A DNA stretch of 59,085 nt from Chiloscyllium plagiosum (GCF_004010195.1 NC_057719.1:34484786-34543870); one strand, 5' to 3'; positions 39,783 to 52,510 are shown, numbered from the stretch's first letter. The notes: a model not told the origin generated them from the letters alone. Program-made: numbers and translations.

Positions 39783-41235
39783 CATGCCTTTTAAATGTTG
39801 CAATTACACTAGCCTCCACCACTTCCTCTGGCAGCTCATTCCATACACATACCATCCTCTGCGTGAAATAGTTGCCCCTTAGGTCTCTTTTATATCTTTC
39901 CCTTCTCTCCTTAAACCTATGCCCTCGAGTTCTGGACTCTCCCACCCGAGGGAAAAGACTTTGTCTGTTTACCCTATCCATGCCTCTCATGATTTCATAA
40001 GCCCCTATAAGGTCACCCCTCAGCCTCCGATACTTCAGAGAAAACAGCCCCAGCCTGTTCAACCTCTCCCTATAGTACAAATCCTCCAACCCTGGCAACA
40101 TCCTTGTAAATCTTTTCTGAACCCTTTCACGATTCGCAACATATTTCTGACTCCACTTTCAAGGAGCTATGAACCTGCACTCCAACGTCTCTTTGTTCAG
40201 AAACACTCACTAGGACCTTTCCGTTAAGTGTATAAGTACTGCTAAGATTAGCTTTCCCAAAATGCAGCACCTCGCATTTATCTGAATTAAACTCCATCTG
40301 ACACTTCTCAGCCCATTGGCCCATCTGGTCCAGATCCTGTTATAATCTGAGGTAACCCTCTTCGCTGTCCACTACACTCCAATTTCGGTGTCATCTGCAA
40401 ACTTACTAACTGTACCTCTTATGCTCACATCCAAATCATTTATGTAAATGACAAAAAGTAGAGGACTGTGGCACTCCACTGGTCACAGGCTTCCAGTCTG
40501 AAAAACAACACTCCACCACCACCCTCTGTCTTCTACCTTTGAGCCAGTTCTGTATCAAAATGGCTAGTTCCCCTGTATTCCATGAGATCTAACCTTGCTC
40601 ACCAGTCTCCCATGGGGAACCTTGTTGAACGCCTTACTGAAGGCCATATAATCATGTCTACCATTCTGCCCTCATCAATGCTCTTTTTTACTTCTCCAAA
40701 AAACTCAATCAAGTTTGTGGGACATGATTTCCCATGCACAAAACCACATTGACTATCCTTAATCAGTCCTTGCCTTTCCAAATACATGTACATCCTTTCC
40801 CTCAGGATTCCCTCCAACAACTTGCCCACCACCGACGTCAGCCTCACTAGTCTATAGTTCCCTGGCTTGTCCTTACCACCCTTCTTAAACAGTGGCTCCA
40901 TTTTAGCCAACCTCCAGTCTTCCAGCATCTCACCTGTGACTATCGATGATACAAATATCTCAGCAAGAGGCCCAGCAATCACTTCACTAGCTTCCCATGA
41001 GTTCTAGGGTATACCTGATCAGGTCCTGGGGATCTATCCACTTTTATGCATTTCAAGACATACAACACTTCCTCCTCTGTAATATGGACATTTTGCAAGA
41101 TGTCACCATCTATTTCCCTATACTCTATATCTTCCATGTCCATTTCCACAGTAAATACTGATGCAAAATACTCGTTTAGTATCTCCCCCAGCTCCTGTGG
41201 CTCCAGACAAAGGTGGCCTTGCTGACCTTTGAGGG

Positions 41236-41293
41236 CTGAAAATGTGTTGCTGGAAAAGCTCTGATCTCCAGCATCTGCAGTCCTCACTTTCTC
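41236..41293 (+). mobile_element. 58-bp PLE family A end fragment with internal inversion, 14-bp TSD
   Basis: CTGAAAATGTGTTGCTGGAAAAGC (inverted) + TCTGATCTCCAGCATCTGCAGTCCTCACTTTCTC; TSD CTGACCTTTGAGGG at 41222-41235 and 41294-41307. Confidence 0.85.
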
Positions 41294-42354
41294 CTGACCT
41301 TTGAGGGGCCCTATTCTCTCCCTAGTTACTCTTTTGTCCTTAATACAGTGGCCACCTAGCTGACCTTTGGATTCCTTAACTCTATTTGCCAAAGCTATCT
41401 CATGTCCCCTTTTTGCCCTCCTGATTTCCCTCTTAAGTATCCTCTTACTGCCTTTATACCCTTCTAACGATTCACTCGATCTATCCTGTCTATACCTGAC
41501 ATATGCTTCCTTCGTTTTCTTAACCAAACCCTCAATTTCTTTAGTCATCCAGCATTCCTTATACCTACCAGCCTTTCCTTTCACTCTGACAGGAATATGC
41601 TGTCTCTGGACTTTCATTATCTCATTTCTGAAGGCTTCCCATTTTCCAGCCGTCCCTTTACCTGCAAACATTTGCCCCCAATCAGCTTTTGAAAGGTCTT
41701 ACCTAATACAGTCAAAATTGGCCTTTCTCCAATTTAGAAATTCAACTTTTAGAGCTGGTCTATCTTTTTCCAACACTATTTTAAAACTAATAGAATTATG
41801 GTCACTGGCCCCAAAGTGCTCCCTCACTGACACCTCAGTCACCTGCCCTGCCTTATTTCCCAAGAGTAGGTCAAGTTTTGCACTTTCTCTAGTAGGTACA
41901 TCCACATACTGAATCAGTACACACTTAAGAAATTCCTCTCCATCTAAACCCTTAACACTATGGCAGTCCCAGTCCATGTTTGGAAAGTTAAAATCCCCCA
42001 CCATAACCACCCTATTATTCTTACAGATAACTGAGATCTCCTACAAGTTTGTTTCTCAATTTCCCTCTGACTATTAGGGGGTCTATCATACAAACCCAAT
42101 AAGGTGATCATCCCCTTCTTATTTTTCAGTTCCACCCAAATAACTTCCCTGGATGTATTTCTGGGAATATCCTCCCTTAGTACAGCTGTAATGCTATAAA
42201 AACGTCACTCTCCCTCCTCTCTTGTCTCCCTTTCTGTCCTTCCTGTAGCATTTGTATCCTGGAACATTAAGCTGCCAGTCCTGTCCATCCCTGAGCCATA
42301 TTTCCGTAATTGCAATGATATCCCAGTCCCATGTTCCTGACCATGCCCTGAGTC

Positions 42355-42486
42355 CATGCTAAACTGCCCATAGTGTTAGGTAAGGGGTTAATGTAGGGGT
42401 ATGGGTGGGTTGCGCTTCGGCGGGCGGTGTGGACTTGTTGGGCTGAAGGGCCTGTTTCCACACTGTAATGTAATCTAATCTAATCT
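42355..42486 (+). mobile_element. HE1 SINE 3' half inserted in CR1
   Basis: ...GTGGACTTGTTGGGCTGAAGGGCCTGTTTCCACACTGTAATGT(AATCT)3. Confidence 0.88.
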
Positions 42487-43914
42487 GTGCTCAATTGTAC
42501 CAGTCTCAGATTGATCTCTTTCCTCACTATCTCCCTGGGTCCCACCCCCCTCCACCTTACTAGTTTAAATCCTCCCAAGCAGCTCTATCAAATCTCCCTG
42601 CCATTATATTAGTCCCTTCCAATTTAGGTGCAATCCGTCCTTCTTGTACAGGTCACTTCTACCCAAAAAGAGATTCCAATGATTCAAAAATGTGAACCCT
42701 TCTCCCATATACCAGCTCCTCAGCCATACATTCATCTGCTCTATCCTCCTATTCTTGCCCTCACTAGCTCGTAGCACCGGGAGTATTCCAAATATTACTA
42801 CTCTCGAGGATCTTCTTTTTAAATTCCTGACTAACTCTCTGTAATCTCCCTTCAGAATCTCAACCTTTTCCCTTCCTATGTTGTTGGTTCCAATGTGAAC
42901 AATGACGTCCTATTGGCCCCTCTTCCCCCTGAGAATATTGTGCGCCCTCTCTGAGACATCCTTGATCCTGGCGCCAGGGAGGCAACACACCATTCTGATT
43001 TTTTCGTTGCTGGCCACAGAAACGTCTGTCTGTACCTCCGAATAGGGAGTCCCCTAACACAATCGATCTTTTGAAACCCGACATATCCACCATTTCCAGT
43101 CTCAAAACCAGAAATATTGTTGTGGGCTATTTGTGCTACATTCCCCTGAGAATCCATCACCTCCTATATTTTCCAAAACAGCATATTTGTTTGAAATGGC
43201 GATAGCCACAGAAGACTCTGGCACTACCTGCCTACCTCTCTTACCTTTCCTGTAGTTAACCCATCTACCTAACTGTGTCTGTGACTTTTTTCCCTTCCTA
43301 TGACTGTCATCCATCACATACCCTTGCTCTTGTAAATTCCTCATTGCCTCTAACGCTCTCTCCAACTGATCCATTCGATCTGATAGGATTCACAACCAAC
43401 GACATTTATTGCAGATATAATCCTCAGTAACAGGTAAACTCTCCCTAAACTTCCACATCTGACAAGAAGAGCATGTCACTCTACTTAGGGCCATTTTTGC
43501 TTCTTTCAATCTACAGACCCAAAACATAGTGCTGTCTTATTCCTCTACAAAGCATTGCTCCAGGTTAAATTAATACATATGGCTTATACTTCTAAGTTTA
43601 ATCAAGAAACATATCTCAATATAACATATAATCAAGAAAGAACCCACTCTGTGGGTTCACTACTGCAGACTTACTGTAAGGCCACACTTAAAATATTCAC
43701 TTATCTGTTCCTGTGCTATGACCTCTCCCAAACAGTTCCTCCAAGATCAGTTGTGAATTTCATTGTTGGTTAATTTTCCCAGACGCACTCCGATGTCCAG
43801 CAATACATGAATTCAAACAACAAAGGCAGTAAATGCGCAGGTTCACTTCTGTGTCAGGAAGCAGTGTGGGTTTCTTTCTCTCTCTCTCGCTCCTGCACTG
43901 ACCTCACCATGTGC

Positions 43915-44197
43915 CTAGGTTTAAGATGAGAGTGAAATGATTTAAAACGGACTTAAGGGGTAACTCTTCATGCAGGAGGTGATGGGTGTATGGAACAATC
44001 TGCCCGAGGAACTGGTGGAGGCTGGTACAATTATAACATTTAAAAGGCATTTGGATGGGTATTATGAATAGACAGTATTAAGAGGGATATGGGCAAAATG
44101 CTGACAAATGGGACTAGGTCAGATTGGGATATCTCATCGGTGTGGATGCGCTTGACCAAAGGATGTGTTTCTATGCTGTATGATTCTGATTCTATGA
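43915..44197 (+). mobile_element. CR1/HER1 3' end
   Basis: Tail ...TGTTTCTATGCTGTATGATTCTGATTCTATGAC. Confidence 0.85.
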
Positions 44198-44759
44198 CAA
44201 GATATCATTGCCATATCGCATGGATGCCAGAAGGCAAGGCTGGAAAACTGAAACTAAATGAGCCATAAGAGAAAATACATATCTTCCGGGAGCCAGGGTA
44301 ATTGTGAACCAAGGCATGTTAAGCAGGTAAAGATTTGGGCAAATTAAAGAAGTACAAGGTTCTGGTCTCACAGAAATGCTTTGGAAGGCAAGGGAATGCA
44401 ATAGGAATTACAGTGAGGCACTGAAACCTGAGAAAGCCTCCATCACAGCAGCAAACACAAGAGAATTACTATTATAACAATGAAAATTAGTAGAGAAGAT
44501 ACAAAACCCAATCACATAATTTATTTCATGTTTTCCACAGGCTAGTTGAGAAATGCAACTATGGTCACTTAATGTGAGAACACATTAGAGATTGGATTGT
44601 TATAGCCATTACCACTGAGTCTTTTTCAGATTTATTACAGTCCAAAGAAGACCTAACTTTTAAAACAAATCGTTCAGATGTCAAGTGAAGCTGAAGTTGA
44701 AAACAAAATAGATTAATCTTTAAGAATAAAAGATAAAACTCTGCATAGGAAATCTGAAG

Positions 44760-45010
44760 GGGAAAGTGAGGACTGCAGAAGCTGGAGATCAGAGTCAAAA
44801 AGTGTGGCACTGGAAAAGCACAGCTGGTCAGGCAGCATCCGAGGAGCAGGAGAGTCAATGTTTTGAGCATAAGTTCTTCATCAGAAATGTCAATTCCAGA
44901 TGTGGCAAGCAAATCCTGATGAAGCACTAATGCTTGAAACATTGACTCTCCTGCTCCTCGGATGCTGCCTGACCAGCTGTGCTTTTCCAGCACCACACTT
45001 TTTGACTCTA
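44760..45010. mobile_element. Palindromic mini-PLE (two head-to-head family A pLTRs) inside the Gypsy gag
   Basis: ~95-bp inverted arms AGAGTCAAAAAGTGTGG...TTCATCAG / CTGATGAAG...CCACACTTTTTGACTCT; imperfect 15-bp TSD at 44745-44759 and 45011-45025 (13/15); decayed hammerhead cores on both strands. Confidence 0.85.
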
Positions 45011-45404
45011 ACAGGACATCTGAAGAATGCATTCATTTTTTAAGGTGCAAACACACAAAGCCACACCAGAGAAGGAAATATAGCAGGTAGGACAAACGTC
45101 TGACACTAATAGTCTTTGCCAGCACTGTATAGCAAAGAAAGCTCCCAGGGACAAATAGAATGATTTTATTGCAAGAAAATAGATGACTTTTGGAAAATGC
45201 ACTGAAGCAGGGACAGTCACACAAAAGCAAAAGACTGAAGAACAATCCACATAAAGAGATAAATGAACTAGAACAGTCTCCAGTGGAGGATAAAACTAAA
45301 GCTTTCCTGGGGGAAATGAACGACTCAGACCAAACATTTTCACATGCAGATACTTACAAAAAAGGGCATTGCATAAATTTCCAGCTGGACATAGAAGCCA
45401 GAAT

Positions 45405-45529
45405 GCTGAGGAAGGGTCACACCCAAAACATTGACTTCTCCACCTCTTGATGCTGCCTGGCTTCCTGTGTTCTTCCAGCCTCCTGTCTGTCTTCTTTAGA
45501 TTGCAGCATCTGCAGTTTTTTTGTCTCTA
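45405..45529 (+). mobile_element. Decayed PLE pLTR fragment inside the Gypsy protease
   Basis: CTGAGGAAGGGTCACACCCAAAACATTG...GCAGCATCTGCAGTTTTTTTGTCTC; AGAAT on both sides. Confidence 0.7.
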
Positions 45530-46739
45530 AGAATCACTTTACAGTCAGACAGCTAGCCTTAGGTGACAAAACATTGCTTCCAACTGACAGACATTCAGCT
45601 ATATATTCCAGAGGCATTGTACTTAATGTTAAAGTTACACTGCAAGCAAATCTCCAAAACTGGAAATGTCAAAAACTTAACATACTTCACAATGAAGAAT
45701 TTTCACCCCTCCATAGAAGAGCTTACATTGACCAAAACAAAAGATCAAGGAAAAGCTGACAGGAAATTCTGCTGGTCTCCATAAGCTTATAATGGAATGT
45801 AAACAAGAAGCAGAATCCCTGGTAGTTAGTTACATTTGAGTGAAAAATGTTATTTATTCTGTCTAAGAAATGGAAAGAAATGTCTAAAACGGTTTAGCTG
45901 AAATGCTTTCTAATCCTATTAAAACTGAAGAGGATTCAGATTCCAAATGTAACAAAATTAAGTGCAAGCAAAGAGGCAACAACAACACCATCTGCTCTAT
46001 TGGAGAGGAAAACATGGGAAACACAGACAATAGAAGTAACTGCAACTGAACTGAATCAGATTGTCTATCAGCACAGTGAACTACTTTCTACTCCAAATTC
46101 AAGTCTACCATTAGATGCGGAGGGTGATCAGAAAGGAACACCTTCAAGCAAAGTGTCGAACCCTTCCATCGTCAAAAGAAGAATTCCCAACGATAGTCAG
46201 GGTATTGTATCAAGTATAAATCAATCTCTGGGTAACACAATTAAGGAAGTGAACAAATTGTTTCACCAATAATTCAGTCACTGAGAGGGAAGGGGAAAGC
46301 TCACAATATTAAAGAATTTGAATTAATAAATGTACCTATTTTAACAACAGGTCTACAAGCAGAATGAGAACAAAATTCCACTAACAGAAACTAAAGATGT
46401 TGAGCAAACAACTCCAGGGAAGACACCGCAATAAAGAAACCAACAACATGCAAAGACCCTAATAATACAAAGAAAAAGATATCTACAGAGTCAAGAACCA
46501 CCCCAACAGCTATCAAGACTGGGTGTACAACACCAAGGCCTTCCATGAAACAAATTAAAGAGACTCTTTGGTACAAGAAACCTCAGGCTGTTAAGAAGAC
46601 TAACATGTCAACTACCTTCTACCCAACAAGCTATTGTTCTTACAAATCTGAAGACAGCGTGTTCAGGTAGAATAGGGAAACTTCCAGATTATTTGATTTT
46701 GAAAAGTCAAAGACCTGATGGAGATGGTTATTGGTATAC

Positions 46740-47320
46740 CAAAACAAATGTAAAACAATATATTAATTATAAGGGAACAAAAGACTTTGGGAAAATCCGT
46801 AATGCTATGAAAAGGACTGAAAGGGTTAACATTTGAAAGAGTACAATATGCAACTGATGCTCTGATAATGTCATGGGGTCTTGGACAGGATAATGAGGAA
46901 GCCTACAGAAGACAGACCTGACGCAAGTGTGTTTGTCCTATGAGAAGACATTAGTTGACTGATCCCACATTCATTAGGGTTTAGAAAATCAAAAGAGGGA
47001 TTTATTGAAATATTTAAATTTTTAACAGGGCTGGCCAGGGGAATCCAGAAGAAGGGTCACACTCAGGAAATGCAGTAAATCATCTTGGAGTGAGATGAAG
47101 CAAAATCTCTTCATGTAGAGGGTGATGAACCTGTGAAATTATCTACCAGAAAAACCATGGAGATAAAGTCACTGAATATGCTTAAGAAATAGATTGATTT
47201 CTAAAAGCTAAAATGTTTAATGTTTATGAGAAGAGTCAAAGAGTATGACATTGAGATAAAAGATCAACTATTATCATGTTGCGTCGGCTCAATAGGACCA
47301 TTACAGTTCCTATTTTCTAT
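46740..47320 (+). mobile_element. Decayed CR1 3' fragment
   Basis: GGGTCACACTCAGG...GAGATGAAGCAAAATCTCTTCATGTAGAGGGTGATGAACCTGTG pattern. Confidence 0.55.
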
Positions 47321-47684
47321 ACTCTTCAGAAAAGCTATTAGATTCATTGTATTCAGCACTGATGATGCAAATTATACACAAGAGGCCCTGTAAGTATAGT
47401 TTCATTGCCTATAGTATAAGGAGTCATTGATTGTACACATGAGGGACAGCCAGGGGCATTTTTAAACAGAAAACATTTCCGTTCCACCAATGATCAGACT
47501 GAATGTAACCATCACTAAGGGACATCCAGGTTTGTGCCCACTCTCCTGGGAGTGGTCATGGGTCATACATCCTCAGGCAGTCACAAATGTCAGTGAATTT
47601 CTACCCACCAAAACCTTTTGATGGATGGCTTCAGACACACAAGTGATGGCTCATAATCCCTGTGAGAAATCCACAGAATGAGGA

Positions 47685-48095
47685 TTAGAATCATGGAAGT
47701 GTTACAGCACAGAAGAAGACCATTCAGTCCATCATGACTGCACCAACTCTTCAAATGAGCATCATTGTCTAATATCAATTTACTCTTTTTCTTCATACCC
47801 TTGCCCATTATTTATATTTACATTATCACCAATGTCCTCCTGAATGTCCAATTGACCTGCCTTCACCACACTTCCAGGCAGTGCATTCCATACTCTCACT
47901 GCTCACTGAGTGTGAAATAATTTTCTCGCATAACCTTTACTCCTCTTCATAGAATTACAGAATCCCTTCAATGCGGAAGGAGACCATTTGGCCCATCGAG
48001 TCTGCACAAACCCCCTGAAGAGCATTCCACCAAGACCCAGCTTCCCCTACTCTATCGCCATAACCCCATATTTCCCATGGTTAATCCACCTAGTC
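47685..48095 (-). mobile_element. CR1 3' tail (47685-47940) followed by an HE1-like tail (47949-48095)
   Basis: TAGAATCATGGAAGTGTTACAGCACAGAAG...; CATAGAATTACAGAATCCCTTCAATGCGGAAGGAGACCATTTGGCCCATCGAGTCTGCAC. Confidence 0.65.
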
Positions 48096-49439
48096 TGGTG
48101 AATTGGTTGAACTTGATAATTTGCACAGTATCTAGCACCAGCACAAGTACGCATGCCCAATCTCAGTCTTAAAATGGATGTCCCTGATTTTTTAATAATG
48201 ACACCTAGTTTTGGATTCTCCCAGAAGAGGAAACATCTTCACAACATTTACTCTGAAAAGCGCTGCTGGATCTTCTATGTTTCAATCACTGTGACTTTGT
48301 GCAGATTCTGTCTGGAAGAACTGCTACACCTCCACATATCTGGCACTGTATGCACAGCATTTACCTCCTAATGGATGAATCCAGAGGTTTATCAGCAGCT
48401 TGGGGCTCTGTATCATGGCTGCCTTCAGCACTCCACCACCTGCCAGAGGCCTGCACTGTCTCACGCTTTGGCCCTGTGCCTGTGCCCTGTGCCTGTGCCC
48501 TGTGCCTGTGCTCATACCTGTGTATTAACACTTTCTGCAAACTCACACATGCTTACTAAGGTGTGTGTACTGTGCTGGTGCAAGAATTTGACAGCACACA
48601 TTCAGAGGCTCCCTTGTCCTACTCAGATGTTAAATTTGGCCCCTCAAGGCTGATGGCCACAGTTGCCAATATTTCATCTCAGGGAGAAATAAACAAGGAT
48701 TATGATGGGCACCATCATCATTTGAGATGACATCAGAACTATAAGCATCCTTCACACATGCATCGTTCCACCATTGAGAAGTATTGACCAGCAAAAAACC
48801 CTCAGCATCTTCATAATTAAGAAACACATCCTTCCCAAGCTGCTAAAGTCAAACACATTAATCCTCCCTTTCAGACGCCACATACAATTTTTTCATGCCT
48901 CCCCCAATCCCACCCTTCAGCAGAATCTTTTTCAGAGAACAATGGGCCTTATAGTCTCACCACCCTGGAGCCATCCTCCCATCTCTCCGTGACCAATGGC
49001 CCTGTGCCATTGATTGCTGGACAGCTCCGAGACTGCTTCAGCAGGGAAATCTGACAGATGTGCTCAGACGTTCTATCCCCCTTGGCATGGATCTTGAGTA
49101 AGACATTGTTGGCATAATAGCCTCCAAGATGGAAAGCCATGATCTTACCACTAGCTGCCCAGAACATGCGTAATTTGTTGTGATGAAACAGCAGGGGCAG
49201 GCGTGAGTGAACTCTGCCATTCAGAGTCTGCCTCACTCACCTCACCGTACAGCTTAGGTCCAGACCAAGGTATACAGCACTTCTGCCCAAAGTGATTCCA
49301 TATAAAAATCAATAATGTGACAGGAGCCCAATTGCAGTTTTTGTAAAGTGGGGGATGAAAAAAAATGCCATTTCCCCCAGGAATTCAAGCCCAATCAGTG
49401 GTCCTCAAAGACACCATGGAAGGTCTATCCAAAACATAA

Positions 49440-50795
49440 CATGCACTTTAATTTTTCTAAAAGCAGATTAAAGCAATCAAAGCCTTGAATATCGTAGTAA
49501 AATATCCCAAACCTTCCAAACTTATGTTGCAGAGACCAATAATAATGAAAATGGTATGAATCTTACTCCACTGAATGTTGACCCACACACTGGCAGGAGA
49601 AAAGAATAACAACAATAATTATTGCTTTAGTTAGAACTAGACCATCCAATCTGTGAAAAGATGGTTTGTAAAAGAGGAAGAATGATAAAATAGATCTTAC
49701 CAGCTTAGCAACAGTGACAGGGGCTAATTGTTCTCTTGACTTTTTTGTATTCATTCATGGGACGTGGGTGTCACTGGCTTGGCCAGTATTTATTGCCCAT
49801 CTATAATTGCCCAAAGGGCAGTTAACAGTCAATCACTTTGCTGTTAGTCTGGAGTCACATGTAGTCCAGACCAAATAAAGATGACAGTTTTCTTCCCGAA
49901 AAGGTATGAGTGAGCCAAATGAGGTTTACCCGGCATTTAACTCATGGTCATCATTAGACTCTTAATTTTAGATTTAGTATTGAATTTAAATTTGAACTTG
50001 TGCCCCTGGAATATGACCTGGGTCTCTAGATTAGCAATCCAGTATTAATATTATTAGGCCATCACCTCACTCCTCCTCAGAAACGTGGGAAATTCAAGGA
50101 AACACTGAGAGGTGAGAATTTGATTTTATGTGCAAGTACTGGTTTAGCTATTTTTAGCTATTTTGCTGTTATTTTCTTTAGCTGCTTAACTTTGCACTGG
50201 CACCTTGAACCAATTCCACCAAAAGCCCCTGTACAACTTTTTTCTTGAATTCCGTGTGCATTACCTGTGGACTCCAGGGTCCCATGTAACATTTATGAAT
50301 GAGAAAGAGATCAACAAGGTAGATTTCCTGCATGGGTGCCGATTGAGCAGTCTAGCAGCATCTGGCCACTGCAGCAGTCAGGAGCCTGAACTGTTGTCAG
50401 ATTTGGGCTATATTTCCCACTGTGTTTGTAGGGAGGAGTGGTGGAATTGGGAAGCAAACAGACACTGTGCTCCAGGTCTCCAGTTTCCTGCTGTGGCATG
50501 TTGGTCCAGTACAGCATCAATCTTCCTCTTTTACAAACCATCTTTTCATAAATTTATTGTTCAGCTCCAAGTGAAGCAATATTTTATTGCCATTATTATT
50601 TTCTGCTTCTCTGTAGGCTGATATTCATTTATACAGCAGAATAAGATTCCAAATCATTTACATTATTATCGGCCTTTATAACCATTAATTTAAAAGGTTT
50701 GGAAACTAATTGTTCTACGACAGATTCGCAAAGCTTTGATTGCTTTAACCTTTTCACAAGGCTCGACATAAAAATAAATAAACCAAATCATGTGC
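49440..50795. repeat. Diverged long inverted repeat pair (~49440-49690 / ~50515-50795)
   Basis: Perfect reverse complements at 49654-49681/50521-50548 (28 bp) and 49468-49483/50733-50748 (16 bp), with collinear weaker matches between. Confidence 0.8.
49748..50072 (-). mobile_element. tRNA-derived SINE with LINE-type tail
   Basis: Minus strand GAGGTGATGGCCTAATAAT head ... GGGCAATAAATACTGGCCAAGCCAGTGACACCCACGTCCCATGAATGAATA tail. Confidence 0.7.
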
Positions 50796-52510
50796 TTTAG
50801 TGTGAAATATTCAGCGGCTTACTAATTTTACATAGAATTATTTACTACAAACCAAACCTCATTCTAGAAACATAAAAGAAATTTAAACTTTGTCTGTTCT
50901 AACACAAAGACAAGCAAATAGGAACATAATCCTCAATTAGAGAAACATCAGAGACACTTAAGTCCTTCAGGTCATTAAGAATAATCAGAAAAATCTGAAC
51001 AGAGAGGTTGGCTACTGCTTTATTAAGTGTATAAAGTTTGAATTGTCTCCCAAGTATTGTTTTTAAGTTAAGTCTGGAAGAACTCTTTATTTCACACTTC
51101 GTAGAATCATACATTCTCTCAAGGCTCTGGTGACGTTTCTGTTTCCTTCCAGTTCATTCTACATAGTTATATGACACCAACGTAATCATTTCACATCATC
51201 CTCATTATACGTTCTGCCAATGCCTCATTATTTGGTTGTAATGTGTCTTGCAATAGCCCTCCTGCCCCCTACCCACAATCCACCTCATACCCTCCATCCA
51301 TTGCTATGCAAAATGTCAATTTTATAGTCTAACCTCAAACCTGGATGAAATCTATCATGTTGAATCACTCCTGTATTGTTATAGCTTTCTTTCAATTTCA
51401 CTGTGTGTGCTTCTTCAATAAAATGAATCAAATTTTCCAATATTTTGGCTAAGTTTCAATTTCAGGGAGCTTCAGGAAGAGGTTCTTGTCTGTTGGAGCA
51501 GGAATAAGAATCATAAGAATTCAGCATCATTCTGATTGCTATGACACCATTTACAATTAGTCCACTGTCTTATTGTGAAGCACATTTGTTGCAATAACAA
51601 AAGAAAATTATTGTGCAATCTGCCAACATTTGAACAGCCAGGAACTTTCCAAAGATACCCTTTAAGCTGCAAATGTATTTACAAACCACAGTGAGTTTGA
51701 CCTTGGAATGTTTGCTGCTTGTGTTTTCAATCAATCATTGAATCACAGTCTAATATCATGAAATTGATGAAGCCAAGATTTATAAACACAGGTCCGTGTG
51801 ACAGGAAGCTTTTGGGAATTACATCTTTCAATTGTTATTTAAATTCACCTTCACCCAGTAGAATGGTCAATATATTTGTCTACACTGTGCTGTAACAAGG
51901 CTTGCCAATCAGAAAGGCAGGGAGGAAGAAAGGTAATTAAAAACCACGGTCAGGAAAAAAACGATGCATATATCCCAGCAGCACTAGATACATTGTGGGT
52001 AGCCAAATGCACCATTCGCAAAATGTTAACAAAAACATTGAAGAGATATAGTGCTAAAGGCTGACAGCTACAACAAGCTAATCCTGAGTCTGGGAGGAGG
52101 AAAGTAAAGGTTTGAAAATGGGAATGACCACATTAAACATCGTTATTTGAGAACAAGAAACTATATTTACAGGTCGATTTCCAATGTCAGTGGACAATAA
52201 CTTAACAGCAAGAAACCTAGACCAGTCTCAGTTGATGAAGGACCACCAGCCATCCATTTCGTCTTGCTAAATTAAAATCCTGCAGGCTGAGAGTTTGCTG
52301 CAGAGTCCAGACAATAGTGTCTTCTGCTTGCATTGAAATGGAAATTGAGCTATCTGCCATGACATACATGTTATGGTTGGGTCCCCAAGCATGCTTATGG
52401 AGTCAACTATAATTGCTACACTTGAAAGGGTGGGCTTCAAGCTTTGCATAAAACTGAAAGTAGGACTGCAAAAGCAAAGTTGTAAAATAGCACATTATAT
52501 CAGCCACCTA

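Larger units (their letters stand above)
39783..43914 (-). mobile_element. Near full-length CR1/HER1 (5' UTR, ORF1 ATG at 43494, ORF2), disrupted and lacking its 3' tail
   Basis: MALSRVTCSSCQMW; IVLGDSLFGGTDRRFCG; VMVGDFNFP...GASDHNSI; SPGPDQVYPR; NYRLVRLTSVVGK; same family as 1-1315. Confidence 0.93.
44480..45760 (+). mobile_element. Decayed Ty3/Gypsy LTR retrotransposon gag-protease region
   Basis: RLVEKCNYGHLM*EHIRDWIVIAITTESFSDLLQSKEDLTF (gag), decayed Cys knuckle near 45115-45200, AFLGE...INFQLDIEA (cf. protease FKLDTGA). Confidence 0.7.

Noticed and set aside
41367..41912. 181-aa plus-strand ORF and similar antisense ORFs (e.g. 53016-53459)
   Set aside because: Antisense shadows of CR1 ORF2.
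48470..48512. 13-bp tandem GCCCTGTGCCTGT x3
   Set aside because: Ordinary short tandem repeat.
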